Source of the DNA: Blastocladiella emersonii ATCC 22665
Taxonomy: Eukaryota; Fungi; Blastocladiomycota
Direction: 5' to 3'
NCBI GenBank assembly: GCA_025594325.1
Contig: JANHCV010000015.1
Coordinates: 248,001-312,000, forward strand
Length of the DNA stretch: 64,000 nucleotides
Positions within the stretch are counted from its first letter, which is position 1, and every line of letters starts with the position of its first letter. Of this stretch, positions 42,492 to 52,357 are shown piece after piece. The notes under the pieces are model-generated. The model was not told the DNA's origin and made no database searches. It was given only the letters and a program-made list of their open reading frames with translations. A program made the translations under genes and the position numbers.

Positions 42492-42593
42492 ATGATCCTC
42501 GAGACGCTCCTTGTTGCCACCAACGCCCTGATCCTTGTAGCCAACCTGGCCATTGTCGGGTACACAAGCAAAGTATTCCGCGCCGTAGAGTAA
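42492..42593 (+). CDS. 33-aa hydrophobic single-pass peptide
   Basis: MILETLLVATNALILVANLAIVGY, preceded by TTGTTG...TAAAC as in the other element genes. Confidence 0.5.
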   Translation: MILETLLVATNALILVANLAIVGYTSKVFRAVE

Positions 42594-42601
42594 GCAACGA
42601 C

Positions 42602-42799
42602 ATGTGCTTTAAATTCTTTCTGCGAAGGCATAGTAAGACACAGGACAATGAATACTGGCTCTACTGCATCAACGCCCCACGCACCTTCCACGAGCATCCC
42701 TTGGACTGGCCGTCCAGGCCCCCAGTCGACAGCCAACTACACGGCCATCCGCGACGTGGCCCTGCCAGGTGCCAAGGTTGTGTACACTGTCTGCTTTGA
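42602..42799 (+). CDS. 65-aa hypothetical protein with C-terminal CQGCVHC
   Basis: ATG 8 nt after the previous stop, in the same compact packing. Confidence 0.35.
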   Translation: MCFKFFLRRHSKTQDNEYWLYCINAPRTFHEHPLDWPSRPPVDSQLHGHPRRGPARCQGCVHCLL

Positions 42800-42853
42800 A
42801 TAGATCCTTCAAGTTAACTTGGTTAGCTACCTTGAAGCCTTCACTGGTCGCTC

Positions 42854-43006
42854 TCAGACTACCCGGCGGTATGTGTACTTGTGCCTGCAGCATGGGTACA
42901 CAACTTGGACCCACAGCAGCTCATTGTCATGGACCCAGCTGGGAGCATCATAGTGATCGCATGGCGGCTTGGGCAGGGGGACGATCTCTTTGATACAGCC
43001 TCGCAT
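42854..43006 (-). CDS. 50-aa Cys/His-containing hypothetical protein
   Basis: The ATG is preceded by the element motif TTTGTTG...GTAACT. Confidence 0.35.
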   Translation of the reverse strand: MRGCIKEIVPLPKPPCDHYDAPSWVHDNELLWVQVVYPCCRHKYTYRRVV

Positions 43007-43074
43007 AGTTACAGTAGTCCAACAAAGTTTAAATTGACAAACGCATTCAACGCACTTGGCATGACGTAGCAACG

Positions 43075-43206
43075 GGCACCCCCGACCCTCCTTGACCCGG
43101 CACCCCCGACCTGGCACCCCTGACCTGGCACCCCCGACCCTCCTTGACCCGGCACCCCCGACCTGGCACCCCCGACCCTCCTTGACCCGGCACCCCCGAC
43201 CTGGCA
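43075..43206 (+). repeat. Composite tandem repeat of 24-bp and 14-bp units (24-14-14-24-14-24-14)
   Basis: GGCACCCCCGACCCTCCTTGACCC and GGCACCCCCGACCT, read directly. Confidence 0.92.
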
Positions 43207-43230
43207 TGCCCCTTCCTGCTAAGACGCTGC

Positions 43231-43837
43231 CTGCTAAGACGCTCCCCTGCCCTGACCCCCGTACCCTGACCTCTTGTCTCTGAAAAGTTCCACTTTTCGC
43301 TCAAAAAGGGGCAGTGTATATATATACCTACCTGTTTTTGAGCGAAAAGTGGAACTTTTACGGTGAACGGCTTCATAGCAGTCGCTTGCAGCAGGTGGTC
43401 AGGGACGGGCTCAGGGACTGGCTCGGGGACTGCTCACAGATCGACTTGCAGCTGTGCTCAGGGACCAGACCAGGGAACTCTGTCAGTGGGTAGCCGCAGC
43501 TGCGCTGCTCTTCGTCTCGCTGCGCTCGCCGGCCGCCGCCGACCGCTCGGGGTAAGCAATGGTCAGCCCAAGGGGTTGGTTAGGGACGGGCTCAGGGGTC
43601 AGGTCAGGGACTCACTCCTGGACCGCTCGCCCCTCCCTTCCACCCACCCTCCCGCCCACCTGCTTCGGCCTTCGGCCTCCGATCCGGGTGGCGAAATCCC
43701 TGAGGATATCGCTATATTCATTATGAGTCACTCGGGGTAAGCAATGAGATATCACGTGGGTTAGCCCGGGTGGATAGAGTCCAGAGGCAAAGTCCCTAAG
43801 GGCAGCCGTGTGCCGTATCCCTTAAGGGATACGGCAC
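43231..43837 (-). repeat. Right terminal inverted repeat (607 bp) ending in the palindrome (43810-43837; extends to 32 bp, 43808-43839)
   Basis: Reverse complement of 29651-30257. Confidence 0.95.
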
Positions 43838-44032
43838 ACCGATTGGCTCCATAACTTGGCGCATTCTACTTTTTGGTCAAGCCACTGTGCGCTGAACGGC
43901 CAGGGGTGAGAAGGGTTTGAGACTTCTGCGGCCGCGCTGGAACGGCCGCGCCTCTCGCATCTGCCCACGCACAGGCCAGGCAATTAACAAATAATATTCA
44001 GTTTATCCATCATCAACCGTGGTCGTGCCGTG

Positions 44033-46056
44033 TTACTTGGCTTCGTAAGCCTCGAAGAAACCGGGAGGAAAAATGAACTCGACCTTGGACAGGCACTTGA
44101 CGTCGCCCTTGTGATGGAGGAGGATGAGTGCCGCGAACTGCGCAGGCGCGTGGGCAGCCGCTGCAGAAAATACGTCAGCAGCCAACGTTTGGCGGCGCTG
44201 ACGGTGCTGATCGTCTTCGCCGTGATGAGGCCGAGTCGAGTTCGCGTTCCTTACAAACATTTGAAGCGACCATTCGAGCTGTGCGCAAAATCGTGCATCC
44301 GCTAGATTGACTGCCTCGACGGGGCACTTTGTCAAGAACGCGCGCCACCCAGGTAGAAGTCGATCGTTGTGTAGCAGTGTGCGGCCTTCGGGTCGAGGCA
44401 AATGCTGGAATGCGAAGCAGTCGTACAACACGGCAAATAAAATTCCAGCGTACACGGTCGACCACTGCGCGCGACTCGTTTCGCCTGGAGGAACCAGCCG
44501 TAAAAGCGCGTCGGCGCTTCTGACCTCGTAAGAAGTGGGAGCAGACACGTAGCCAGCGCTCCAAGCTTGAAATCGTCGTTCGGGTCGAACTTGGGTTTGG
44601 CAAGCATCAGCGAAAGCATCCGGGCGGCAATCGCGAGGCGGGTTTCCGAGCCGCCAATTCCAAGATGTTCGAGATCAAGTCCAAACTCGTGGTCAGCAAT
44701 CGCATCGCAATTGGCAACGATAAGCTCGGACGCCGCCTCTTGGCCGCACCGCTCGACCATCAAGGCAATGAGCCGGGTGCAAAAATCCAGGTGCTCTGAG
44801 TGGTAGGGTTCAGGCACTGCGTTCAACATGTGGCAGAAAAGCTGGTGCAGGTTCGTTCCCTGCATGTCAAGGAGGAGAGATTCCACCAAGCTTGCAGGAC
44901 AACCCCGCTGCACGATAAAGGTCACCAGCGCGGTCCAGGTCTTGACTTCCGCTAGCCATGGCAGCGCGCGGCCGGCTGCAACGACCGCAGCAATTTCGTC
45001 ATCCGCGATCATGCGGACCAAAACCTTGATAAATTTTTGTTGCTCGTCTCGATCAACTAAGTTTGCGAGGCGATTCGAGTCGTACGACTCGAACAAGCGG
45101 ATAAAAGTCTGAGAGTCGCGATGATTGGCGTCAAGATAGCTGCAGACGGCCGAGCAAAATTTGCCATCGTGACCTGGCGTCGGGATACGGGGCGCCCAGC
45201 GGTGGCCCACCAGCCAATCGAACAACAGACAAGCTTTTTTGAGCCCAAAGTAGTTGACGCCAGGAAGAAACGCTGCGTACACGGAGGGTGCCTCGAGTGT
45301 GGAGACAATCGACTCGGGGTGCGGGTGGTGCTCAAAGATGAGCTTGAGAGTGTCGAGGTTCATGTTGATTGCAGCCGAAATCGCCAAACGTGAGAGTATG
45401 CCGACGCTGAGATCCGTGGCGGTCTCGAGGGTTTTGCGGGCCGATTGCACGTGTTTGTTCGGAACTGGGATCCAATCGAGCATGTCACGCAAAGGTGCGA
45501 TGGCTTCTAACGCGAGCGCGGGAGACAAGCGGACCAAAGTCGCAAGTGCGCGTTCAAGCTCCAACAACTGGCCAGTCGATTCAAAGCAAAGCATGAGCAC
45601 GACCGCATCAATGAGGAAAGCCGTCGTGTCGCCGCAATGCTGGCTCGGGACCCATTTCAGGGTTGAGACGTGATTCAGCAGCAACTTCTGCTGCGCGGGC
45701 GAGCTCCGGCTAGCGGGTCGCAACAGGGCGTGAAAAAGCTTGGAATTGAGAGGTAGGCGGAAGCGCGCGTGGTTCCACATGTCCGCCGACGCGAACGCGC
45801 ACTGAGCTATGGCAGACGGCCAGTCGGGTGTTGGGAGAAGGCTGCCGTACTGCTTCATATGTTTCAAAACAATCAAGATCCGCGACTGCCGCTCGCTGAC
45901 GGAATCAAACCAGACCAGCAAGAGCGGGACACTGCTCCTGGCCGCGTCCGCAAGGGCACGGGAGGCGATCACAGTTCGAGCGGAGGGCCTCGCGAGCAGG
46001 AGGACCTGCTCTATAATAAGGTAGGGCAATGCAGCAAGACTGGGTGGCGAGTTCAT
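44033..46056 (-). pseudogene. F-box-like family paralogue with one frameshift near 44500-44530
   Basis: The 574-aa ORF loses family similarity after ALATCLLPLL. The family C-terminus (LVPPGETSRAQWSTVYAG...FPPGFF) continues in ORF 44033-44548. Confidence 0.8.
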
Positions 46057-46583
46057 TGTTTCATTCGATGCATGGGGTCAAGCGGGGCGGCGGGAGAGAG
46101 AGGGCGCCTTGCGTTGCGTCGCCTGAGTTTGATCACTCAGCTGGGCTTGCGCCAGAGACTGGATTGGCAGCTGTCGCACGTGTGTGGCGCAACGCGTCTT
46201 CGCCGCGTCCCGCGCTGCTTGACCTCGAAGCACCGAGAAGCCTGCTCAAAAGCTCACTTAGGCTTAAATTGTCAGCAACCTCGTGAGGGTTGCAGTCTGT
46301 GTTCAACTACGCTCGCCGTCAGCAACGCAATCCACATCAGTGCGAGCGCGATAGCAGTTCCATCAACCCTGCCGCGTGCACGTCTTCTTCCAAGACAAGA
46401 ATCTATTTCCTCTACTTTGATTCTCATACGCCTCGCCTACTCGGTACCTCAAAGCTGCAGGGAGCGCAGTACGTGCGACTTCCAACCCTTCCAGAGCGCG
46501 CACCCAACACCTGTATGGAACGATCACCGGTACTCCCTTACACACAATATGTCAACGCATGAATTTGAAGAAGAATACAAACT

Positions 46584-46715
46584 TCATTCATCATCATCAT
46601 TGACCGTGATGGCCTCGTAGAAGACGCGCGCGGCGAGCGTGGTGGCCGACTTGGGCGAGGCGAGGCACAGGATGTGGGCGACGAGGTCGTCCGAGAGATT
46701 GTTGAGAGTTTGCAT
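46584..46715 (-). pseudogene. 43-aa N-terminal fragment of the family
   Basis: MQTLNNLSDDLVAHILCLASPKSATTLAARVFYEAIT matches the start of 48744-50858. The upstream CTTTGTACGGCC.TGGTGGA segment is shared as well. Confidence 0.8.
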
Positions 46716-46875
46716 TGCGGTTTCTACAGTTGAGGCGAGGAGTGTGGGCGGGCCGCAGCTTTGTACGGCCGTGGTGGAACCCATACAAGCTCACTAATGC
46801 ACTCAGGACTAGGAATGTGCACAGGAGCAAGAATGCACGCACGCGACCGCAAATGCATTCAGCATCGGTTACTGT

Positions 46876-48552
46876 TCATGCGCACGCATTGCTCATCAGT
46901 GTTGGCGCCGCGTTGCGAGCGGAGATGGACTGCACAAAACGGTTCTTGTCGGCCTGATCGAGCATGACCGGAATCAAACAGGTCGCCAAGGCATCGAAAT
47001 TAGTTCCGTAAAAGTCGAAGGGAGAAAATTCATCCGAGTCCTCGTCCAAGAGTTGTAGCAGCCGGTTTGCAAAGAAGATGCGAGCCTCAATCCCGCCAAT
47101 TCCGAGGGCCTCGAGATTCATGCCAAAGCGATGATCGGCCAACATGAGATAATGTTCAGCAACGAGGTGAACAGTTGCTTCTTTACCGCAACGGCGAAGC
47201 GCGAGCGAAACGATCCGAGCAAATTCATCTGGGCGTTTTGAACGCGCTGGGAGCTCTTCCAGCATTATGCCAAGTACTTGACCCGCTTCATTGCCTTGTT
47301 GGTCGAGAAGCAGGTCATCAAGCTCGACGCCTTTAAGATCGCCAATGATGGTCTGGGGAACAATCAGGGACCAGTACTCGAACTGCCTCAGCCATGGCCA
47401 CGCGCGACCCATCGCAATCGCAAGCCCAGACGCGACGGCGTAGCCACGGTCGACCCACCGGCACAGAATATTGCAGATGAGAGCTCGTTGTGTCCCGCTT
47501 GCCAGGTCAGCGAGGCGAACACGATCATAAGTCTCGAACAGACGCATGACAATAGCGGGATCGGTACGATCCGCGTAAACGAACGTGAAAACCGCTGCGC
47601 AATGGGGTTTCATGCTTGCAGGCATTGTGACTTGCTGCGGCTCCCAGCCATGGTCAAAGAGCCAGTCGAGCAAGCAGCAAACCGCCTCGAGCGGATAGAC
47701 GTTAACACACTTAAGGAACGTTCCGTACACGCGGTGTGCCGCGAGGAAATCAATGATGCGAGAAGGCTGTGGGTGATGCCGCACGACGATTTTGAGTGCC
47801 TCAAGATTTGCATGAGACGCGGCCAACATAGCAACGAGCTCCAGGAAGCTCGCGCTAAACGGCTTCGCACTCTTATTAGCGTCGCAGTCGAGGGCATACC
47901 AGAGGTGAGAGAGCGCCATTTGAAGCCATGGGGCATGGTCCGGTAGTAGCTTGACGAATTCACGCGAAGGCAAGGTGGCTTCGAGCGAGAGGATATGATA
48001 CGAGCGGACGAAGCTCGAGAGCGCGGAATCAAGACTAGTCGCGTCTTTGATGGCCTCAAAGTACAGCGCAAGGATCACGGTGTCGATAATACGCTTGGTG
48101 CCGCCACTCGAACCGCTTGAAGCACCATGGCTCGCGGGTGTGGCATTGAGATCAAGAGGCACGCGCTGCTGGTAAGCGGAGAGTCGCGGACACGCCCTCA
48201 AAGCGGCGTTGAACATGTATACGCCGAGCTGGGGGCAAGGTATGTCATGAACAGTCGAGGTGCAGCTGAGCGCGAGCGATGCCGTTGCGCACCGTGCGAG
48301 AGCGCTGGGCCAAATAGGTATGCTGCCCTCGCAAAGGTCATCATACGGAACTGCGTTGAGAAGTCTGTTTGACACGCCTGAGCCGGCGCGATTGAACCAC
48401 GAGTACAGGAGGCGGTGGCGGTTCGCCGCGAGGACGCGGGACGCGCGCACGACTCGCACGCGAGGGGTGCAGAGCAATGCGATGTGGTCGACCAGCTCGT
48501 TGGGAAGCGATGATAAATCCAGCGGTGGGTCCATTTGCTTCGTTTGATTCAT
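46876..48552 (-). pseudogene. C-terminally truncated family paralogue, 558 aa
   Basis: MNQTKQMDPPLDLSSLPNELVDHIALL. It ends shortly after ALATCLIPV and lacks the last ~150 aa. Confidence 0.7.
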
Positions 48553-48743
48553 GACTCCTTCCGTTGCGCAGGGGAGAGCGAGGATGGCGCACGAGGCACC
48601 GCCTGCGTTTTCGCCGCTTCTCGCCGTGATTGGCGTGACAGCCGCCGTCGTGAGTGGCGCATCGCGTCTTCACCACACCACCTCCCCTCCACACAGCAGC
48701 CGCGTCAAGGGCACACAGAAGTTTAAAGTAGGTATAGAATAAA

Positions 48744-50858
48744 TCAACTTCCGGGTATCTGCGCGCGACGACCTTCACTATCCACTCCATCCTTGGACCG
48801 CACAGCGTCCACAATCTTTTCCGCCAGCTTCGGCGGGAGCCAATCCGCGACGCGGACAAGCACTCCCTCGATTCCGTACGCGAGAGCAATCTTGAAAATG
48901 CCCTCCGCATTGTGCTGAACCATAACACGGAACATCTCGCCCGCGACCGCGCGCTCGCGCTGGACTTGCGGGAGTTCATCAGCCCGGGCGGGCGCACTGG
49001 CCACGACGGCAAGGACGTGGATCGGAGCACTGAGCGTCGCCGAGTCCTTGGGAACTAGGACCGTTGGCGGACACACGCTGAGGAACGCGGTGAGCGCAGG
49101 CACGACGCGAGTGTCGCTGGCCACCGACGACTCGAACAGCGACTTGTGCTGGAGGCCGTTCTTGTACAGGATGAGGCGGAAAGCGTGGGTCGTTGTACCG
49201 ATGATCGACGCGTACATGCGGATCCAGTTGTCGGCGTCGTCGCCAGCGAGCTGCACGATCTTGTCAACACCGCCGTCGCCGCCGTGGGCGAGGAAGGAAA
49301 TGAGCAGCTCGCCGAGCGCTTCCGTCACGAGCGGCTCGCGTTCCGGCGTCGCCTTCTTCATCAGGGCCTCGGCAATCTCGAACCGCACCGCCGGCGACCC
49401 GAGCCCGAGCGCATCGAGGCTGCGGGCGAAACAGTCGTCCGCAATCTGCGGGACGAACGGCGTCAGGACAGCAGCCATGGCCGCGTCGCCCTCGCGCTCC
49501 GTAACCAGCGAGATGATGCGGGTGAGAGGGCCGATGAACGAGAAGAACGGACCCACGAACTGCCGCATCAGCGCGCGCATCAGCGGGCGCCACGCGTCCT
49601 CGCTGACGAGCGAGACCATGAGCTTGATCTCGTCGGCCGGATGGCCCGCGTAGCACGTGGCCGCGACGACGGTCGCCCAGTGCGGGATCTCGAGGAGCCA
49701 CGGCCACGCGATCGCGATCTCCATGGCCACGTCCGTGTCGCCGCGCTTGATCCACGGGATGAGCGCCGTCGCGACGGCGCGTTTCGTCGACTCGGACCAC
49801 GCGCTCGCATCCACGTGAGCGTAGTCAAACTTGTAGAACAGGAGGAGCGCCGCGACGGCCGTGGCCGACGGCGACCACCCATCGACGTACCCGGTGACGA
49901 ACGGGTGCGGCGTGGAGCCCGCATGCGAGACGGATTCGCCGGCAGCTGTCTGCATCGACCACCCGTGCGCAAAGAGCCACTCGAGCACCTCGACCACGCG
50001 CGCGATCGGGTGTTGGTTGAGTAGCGGGAGGAACGCGCCGTAGACGAGCGGCGACGAGAGGAGTGCGACGACGCGGTCGAACTGCGGGTGGTGCTTGGCC
50101 ACGGCCTGGAGCCCGTCCAGGTTCCAGTGCAGCGCCGCCGAGACGGCGACGAGGGAGAAGAAGTCGGCCAGGACGGACCCGTTCCGCGTGTCGCGCTCGT
50201 GCAGGCGGAGCGCCGAGCGGAGCGACCCGAGCTCCGTCTCGAACGCGGGCGTGCGGTCGGGCACGAGCTCGAGCAGGCGCTGCAGCGGGACGCGCGGCTC
50301 GAACGCGAGGACCGGCGTGTTGCGCGCCATGACGCTCAGGGCGGCGTCGAGCTGGGCGTTCTCGCCGAGGGCTTCAAAGTAAAGCGCGAGAACGAGCCCG
50401 TCCGGCACGAAGCCGTGGAGCCCGTTACCCAGCAACACGGGCTTTGTGAGTGAATCAAGGAGATGATGCTGGCGCGCGGCCGTGATGAAGCCGCCGTTGC
50501 GCCATAGCAGCGACCCGAGCAGACTGTGAAACAGACCAATATCCATCGGCGGCAGCGCGAACCCGACCCCGGCCGCGCAACGAGCGTGCGCGGCGTCAAT
50601 GGCCGCGGTCGCGCACTTGGCCATGGTCGACGGCCACAGCAGGACGAGGGTCCCGGGCGAGTCGGTGGCCTTGGTGCGGCGGGCGAGGCGCCAGGAGATG
50701 GGCTCGGCCACGTGCTGGAACCAGACGAGCACGACGAGGCGATGGGCCGTAATGGCCTCGTGGAAGACGCGCGCAGCGGCCGTAGGGGCCGACTTGGGCG
50801 TGGTGAGGCACAGGATGTCGGCAACGAGGTCGCGAGGAAGGTGGTTGAGAGTGAACAT
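48744..50858 (-). CDS. Divergent, GC-richer F-box-like family paralogue, 704 aa
   Basis: MFTLNHLPRDLVADILCL plus family blocks (VVLVWF, LVLALYFE, VLEWLFAHGW, SLDALGLG). Confidence 0.8.
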   Translation of the reverse strand: MFTLNHLPRDLVADILCLTTPKSAPTAAARVFHEAITAHRLVVLVWFQHVAEPISWRLARRTKATDSPGTLVLLWPSTMAKCATAAIDAAHARCAAGVGFALPPMDIGLFHSLLGSLLWRNGGFITAARQHHLLDSLTKPVLLGNGLHGFVPDGLVLALYFEALGENAQLDAALSVMARNTPVLAFEPRVPLQRLLELVPDRTPAFETELGSLRSALRLHERDTRNGSVLADFFSLVAVSAALHWNLDGLQAVAKHHPQFDRVVALLSSPLVYGAFLPLLNQHPIARVVEVLEWLFAHGWSMQTAAGESVSHAGSTPHPFVTGYVDGWSPSATAVAALLLFYKFDYAHVDASAWSESTKRAVATALIPWIKRGDTDVAMEIAIAWPWLLEIPHWATVVAATCYAGHPADEIKLMVSLVSEDAWRPLMRALMRQFVGPFFSFIGPLTRIISLVTEREGDAAMAAVLTPFVPQIADDCFARSLDALGLGSPAVRFEIAEALMKKATPEREPLVTEALGELLISFLAHGGDGGVDKIVQLAGDDADNWIRMYASIIGTTTHAFRLILYKNGLQHKSLFESSVASDTRVVPALTAFLSVCPPTVLVPKDSATLSAPIHVLAVVASAPARADELPQVQRERAVAGEMFRVMVQHNAEGIFKIALAYGIEGVLVRVADWLPPKLAEKIVDAVRSKDGVDSEGRRAQIPGS

Positions 50859-51136
50859 TGTGATGTTGATGTGAAGTGGAGGAACTGTGGGATAGCGGCC
50901 TCGAGCAGCGGCTTTGTACGGCCATGGTGGAGTGCGTATGTGACCACGAGTGAATGCACGCGTGAACCGGTCCGCCGGCCCACCTTGGGCCAAGGCGCAC
51001 GCATTGTTCATGACCAACGCCGACCAATCCGATCCAAAGCGCACGCAGCGACACAAGACACGTGCGGAGACTATACAAGGGACGATTTATTCATACGCGC
51101 GCTCGCGCACGCGGGGGATATCACAGCCGACCGCGT

Positions 51137-51775
51137 TCAATCGCGGAACTCGCGCACAAAGTGCGAGGGGCACTCGTAGCCCGAGGGGTTCTTGATGAGG
51201 TACTTCTGGTGGTACTCCTCGGCGGGCCAGAACGTCGTGAGGGGCTGGATCTCGGTGGCGATGGGCGCGTTGAAGTACTTCTGGACCTTGGCCTTGACGG
51301 CCTCGGCGACCTGGCGCTGCGCGTCGTTCTCGGTGTAGATGCCCGAGCGGTACTGGGTGCCGACGTCGGGACCCTGGCGGTTGACGGTGGTCGGGTCGTG
51401 GATGCGGAAGAAGAAAGTGACAAGCTCCTCGTAGCTCACCTTGGCCGGGTCGAACTCGACGCGCAGCACCTCGGCGTGGTTGGTGGTCCCCGAGCACACC
51501 TGCTTGTACGTCGGGTTCGCGGACGCGCCCTGCGCGTACCCGACGGCCGTGCTCACGATGCCCTTGGTCCGGTAGTGCTTGAGGTACAGGTGCTCGACGC
51601 CCCAGAAGCAGCCGGCGGCGAGCGTCGCGAACTCGGTCGTCGCGGGGGAAGTGGTGGTCGAGGGCTCGGGGGTCATGGCGGTAGCGGTAGCGGCGGCAGT
51701 GGTGGTCGATGCGGCAGCGGCGCGGAACTGAGTGGCAAACTGGCGAAGACGGCCGAGCATGGTGGAGCGATACAT
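51137..51775 (-). CDS. msrA: Peptide methionine sulfoxide reductase A
   Basis: GCFWG, PTYKQVCSG.T.HAE, RQGPDVGTQYRS and AEEYHQKYL. Confidence 0.97.
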   Translation of the reverse strand: MYRSTMLGRLRQFATQFRAAAASTTTAAATATAMTPEPSTTTSPATTEFATLAAGCFWGVEHLYLKHYRTKGIVSTAVGYAQGASANPTYKQVCSGTTNHAEVLRVEFDPAKVSYEELVTFFFRIHDPTTVNRQGPDVGTQYRSGIYTENDAQRQVAEAVKAKVQKYFNAPIATEIQPLTTFWPAEEYHQKYLIKNPSGYECPSHFVREFRD

Positions 51776-52357
51776 GGAGCGGGGGCTGCAGGGTCAATAA
51801 GAGGCTCGATGCATGGGTATCCCTCGCGTAAGGGAGAGGGAGATGGCCGCGGCGGCGATCGTACGAGATGGTCCTCGCGGCGGGTTTGTCAGCAGCAAGA
51901 ATGGATCGGTCCAGACACCACGTGTGATGAGCGCGGAGCCGAAGGGAATTCGTTCGTTCGTTCGATGCGTAGCAGATGACGATGCGTGAGGGCTGTCGCC
52001 GATGGGAACGCGGGAGACGGCCGCTCTTTATACGCGCTGAGCCGCGACCCCCAAGGGACAAGGGTTCATCGGGATCTCAGTCATCCGAGAACCGAGGGGA
52101 CCCGCTGCATCCGCGGCCGGCGCGGCGCGCGACGTCGATGGCGCGAGCGCCGAGTCGGCCGCGATGGTGGGAGGAGCGTTTGGTCACGTCAGGGACGGGC
52201 GCGATGGCGTGATGCGCGCGACTTGTCCCGCCTCCGCCACACGGTGCAGCAAGCCTGTTTTTACCCGCCAGCGGCCCCGATGACCTGACCTCCGACCACG
52301 TTGCAAGACACCAAAATTTTGCATGAGACAATGTTGGGGTGAGGCAAGGTGAGACAT

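Larger units (their letters stand above)
29651..43837. mobile_element. Endogenous Polinton-like virus-type element, 14,187 bp
   Basis: Long terminal inverted repeats enclose compact intronless genes for a packaging ATPase, major and minor capsid, fibre, primase-helicase, rve integrase and tyrosine recombinase. Confidence 0.93.

Noticed and set aside
29651-43837. Classification as a canonical Maverick/Polinton
   Set aside because: No protein-primed PolB motifs, no adenain-like protease, no AG-repeat termini and no 6-bp TSD were seen.
46290-46583. Possible further family remnant on the minus strand
   Set aside because: The resemblance to family C-terminal blocks is weak and interrupted by several stops, so it cannot be supported without alignment.
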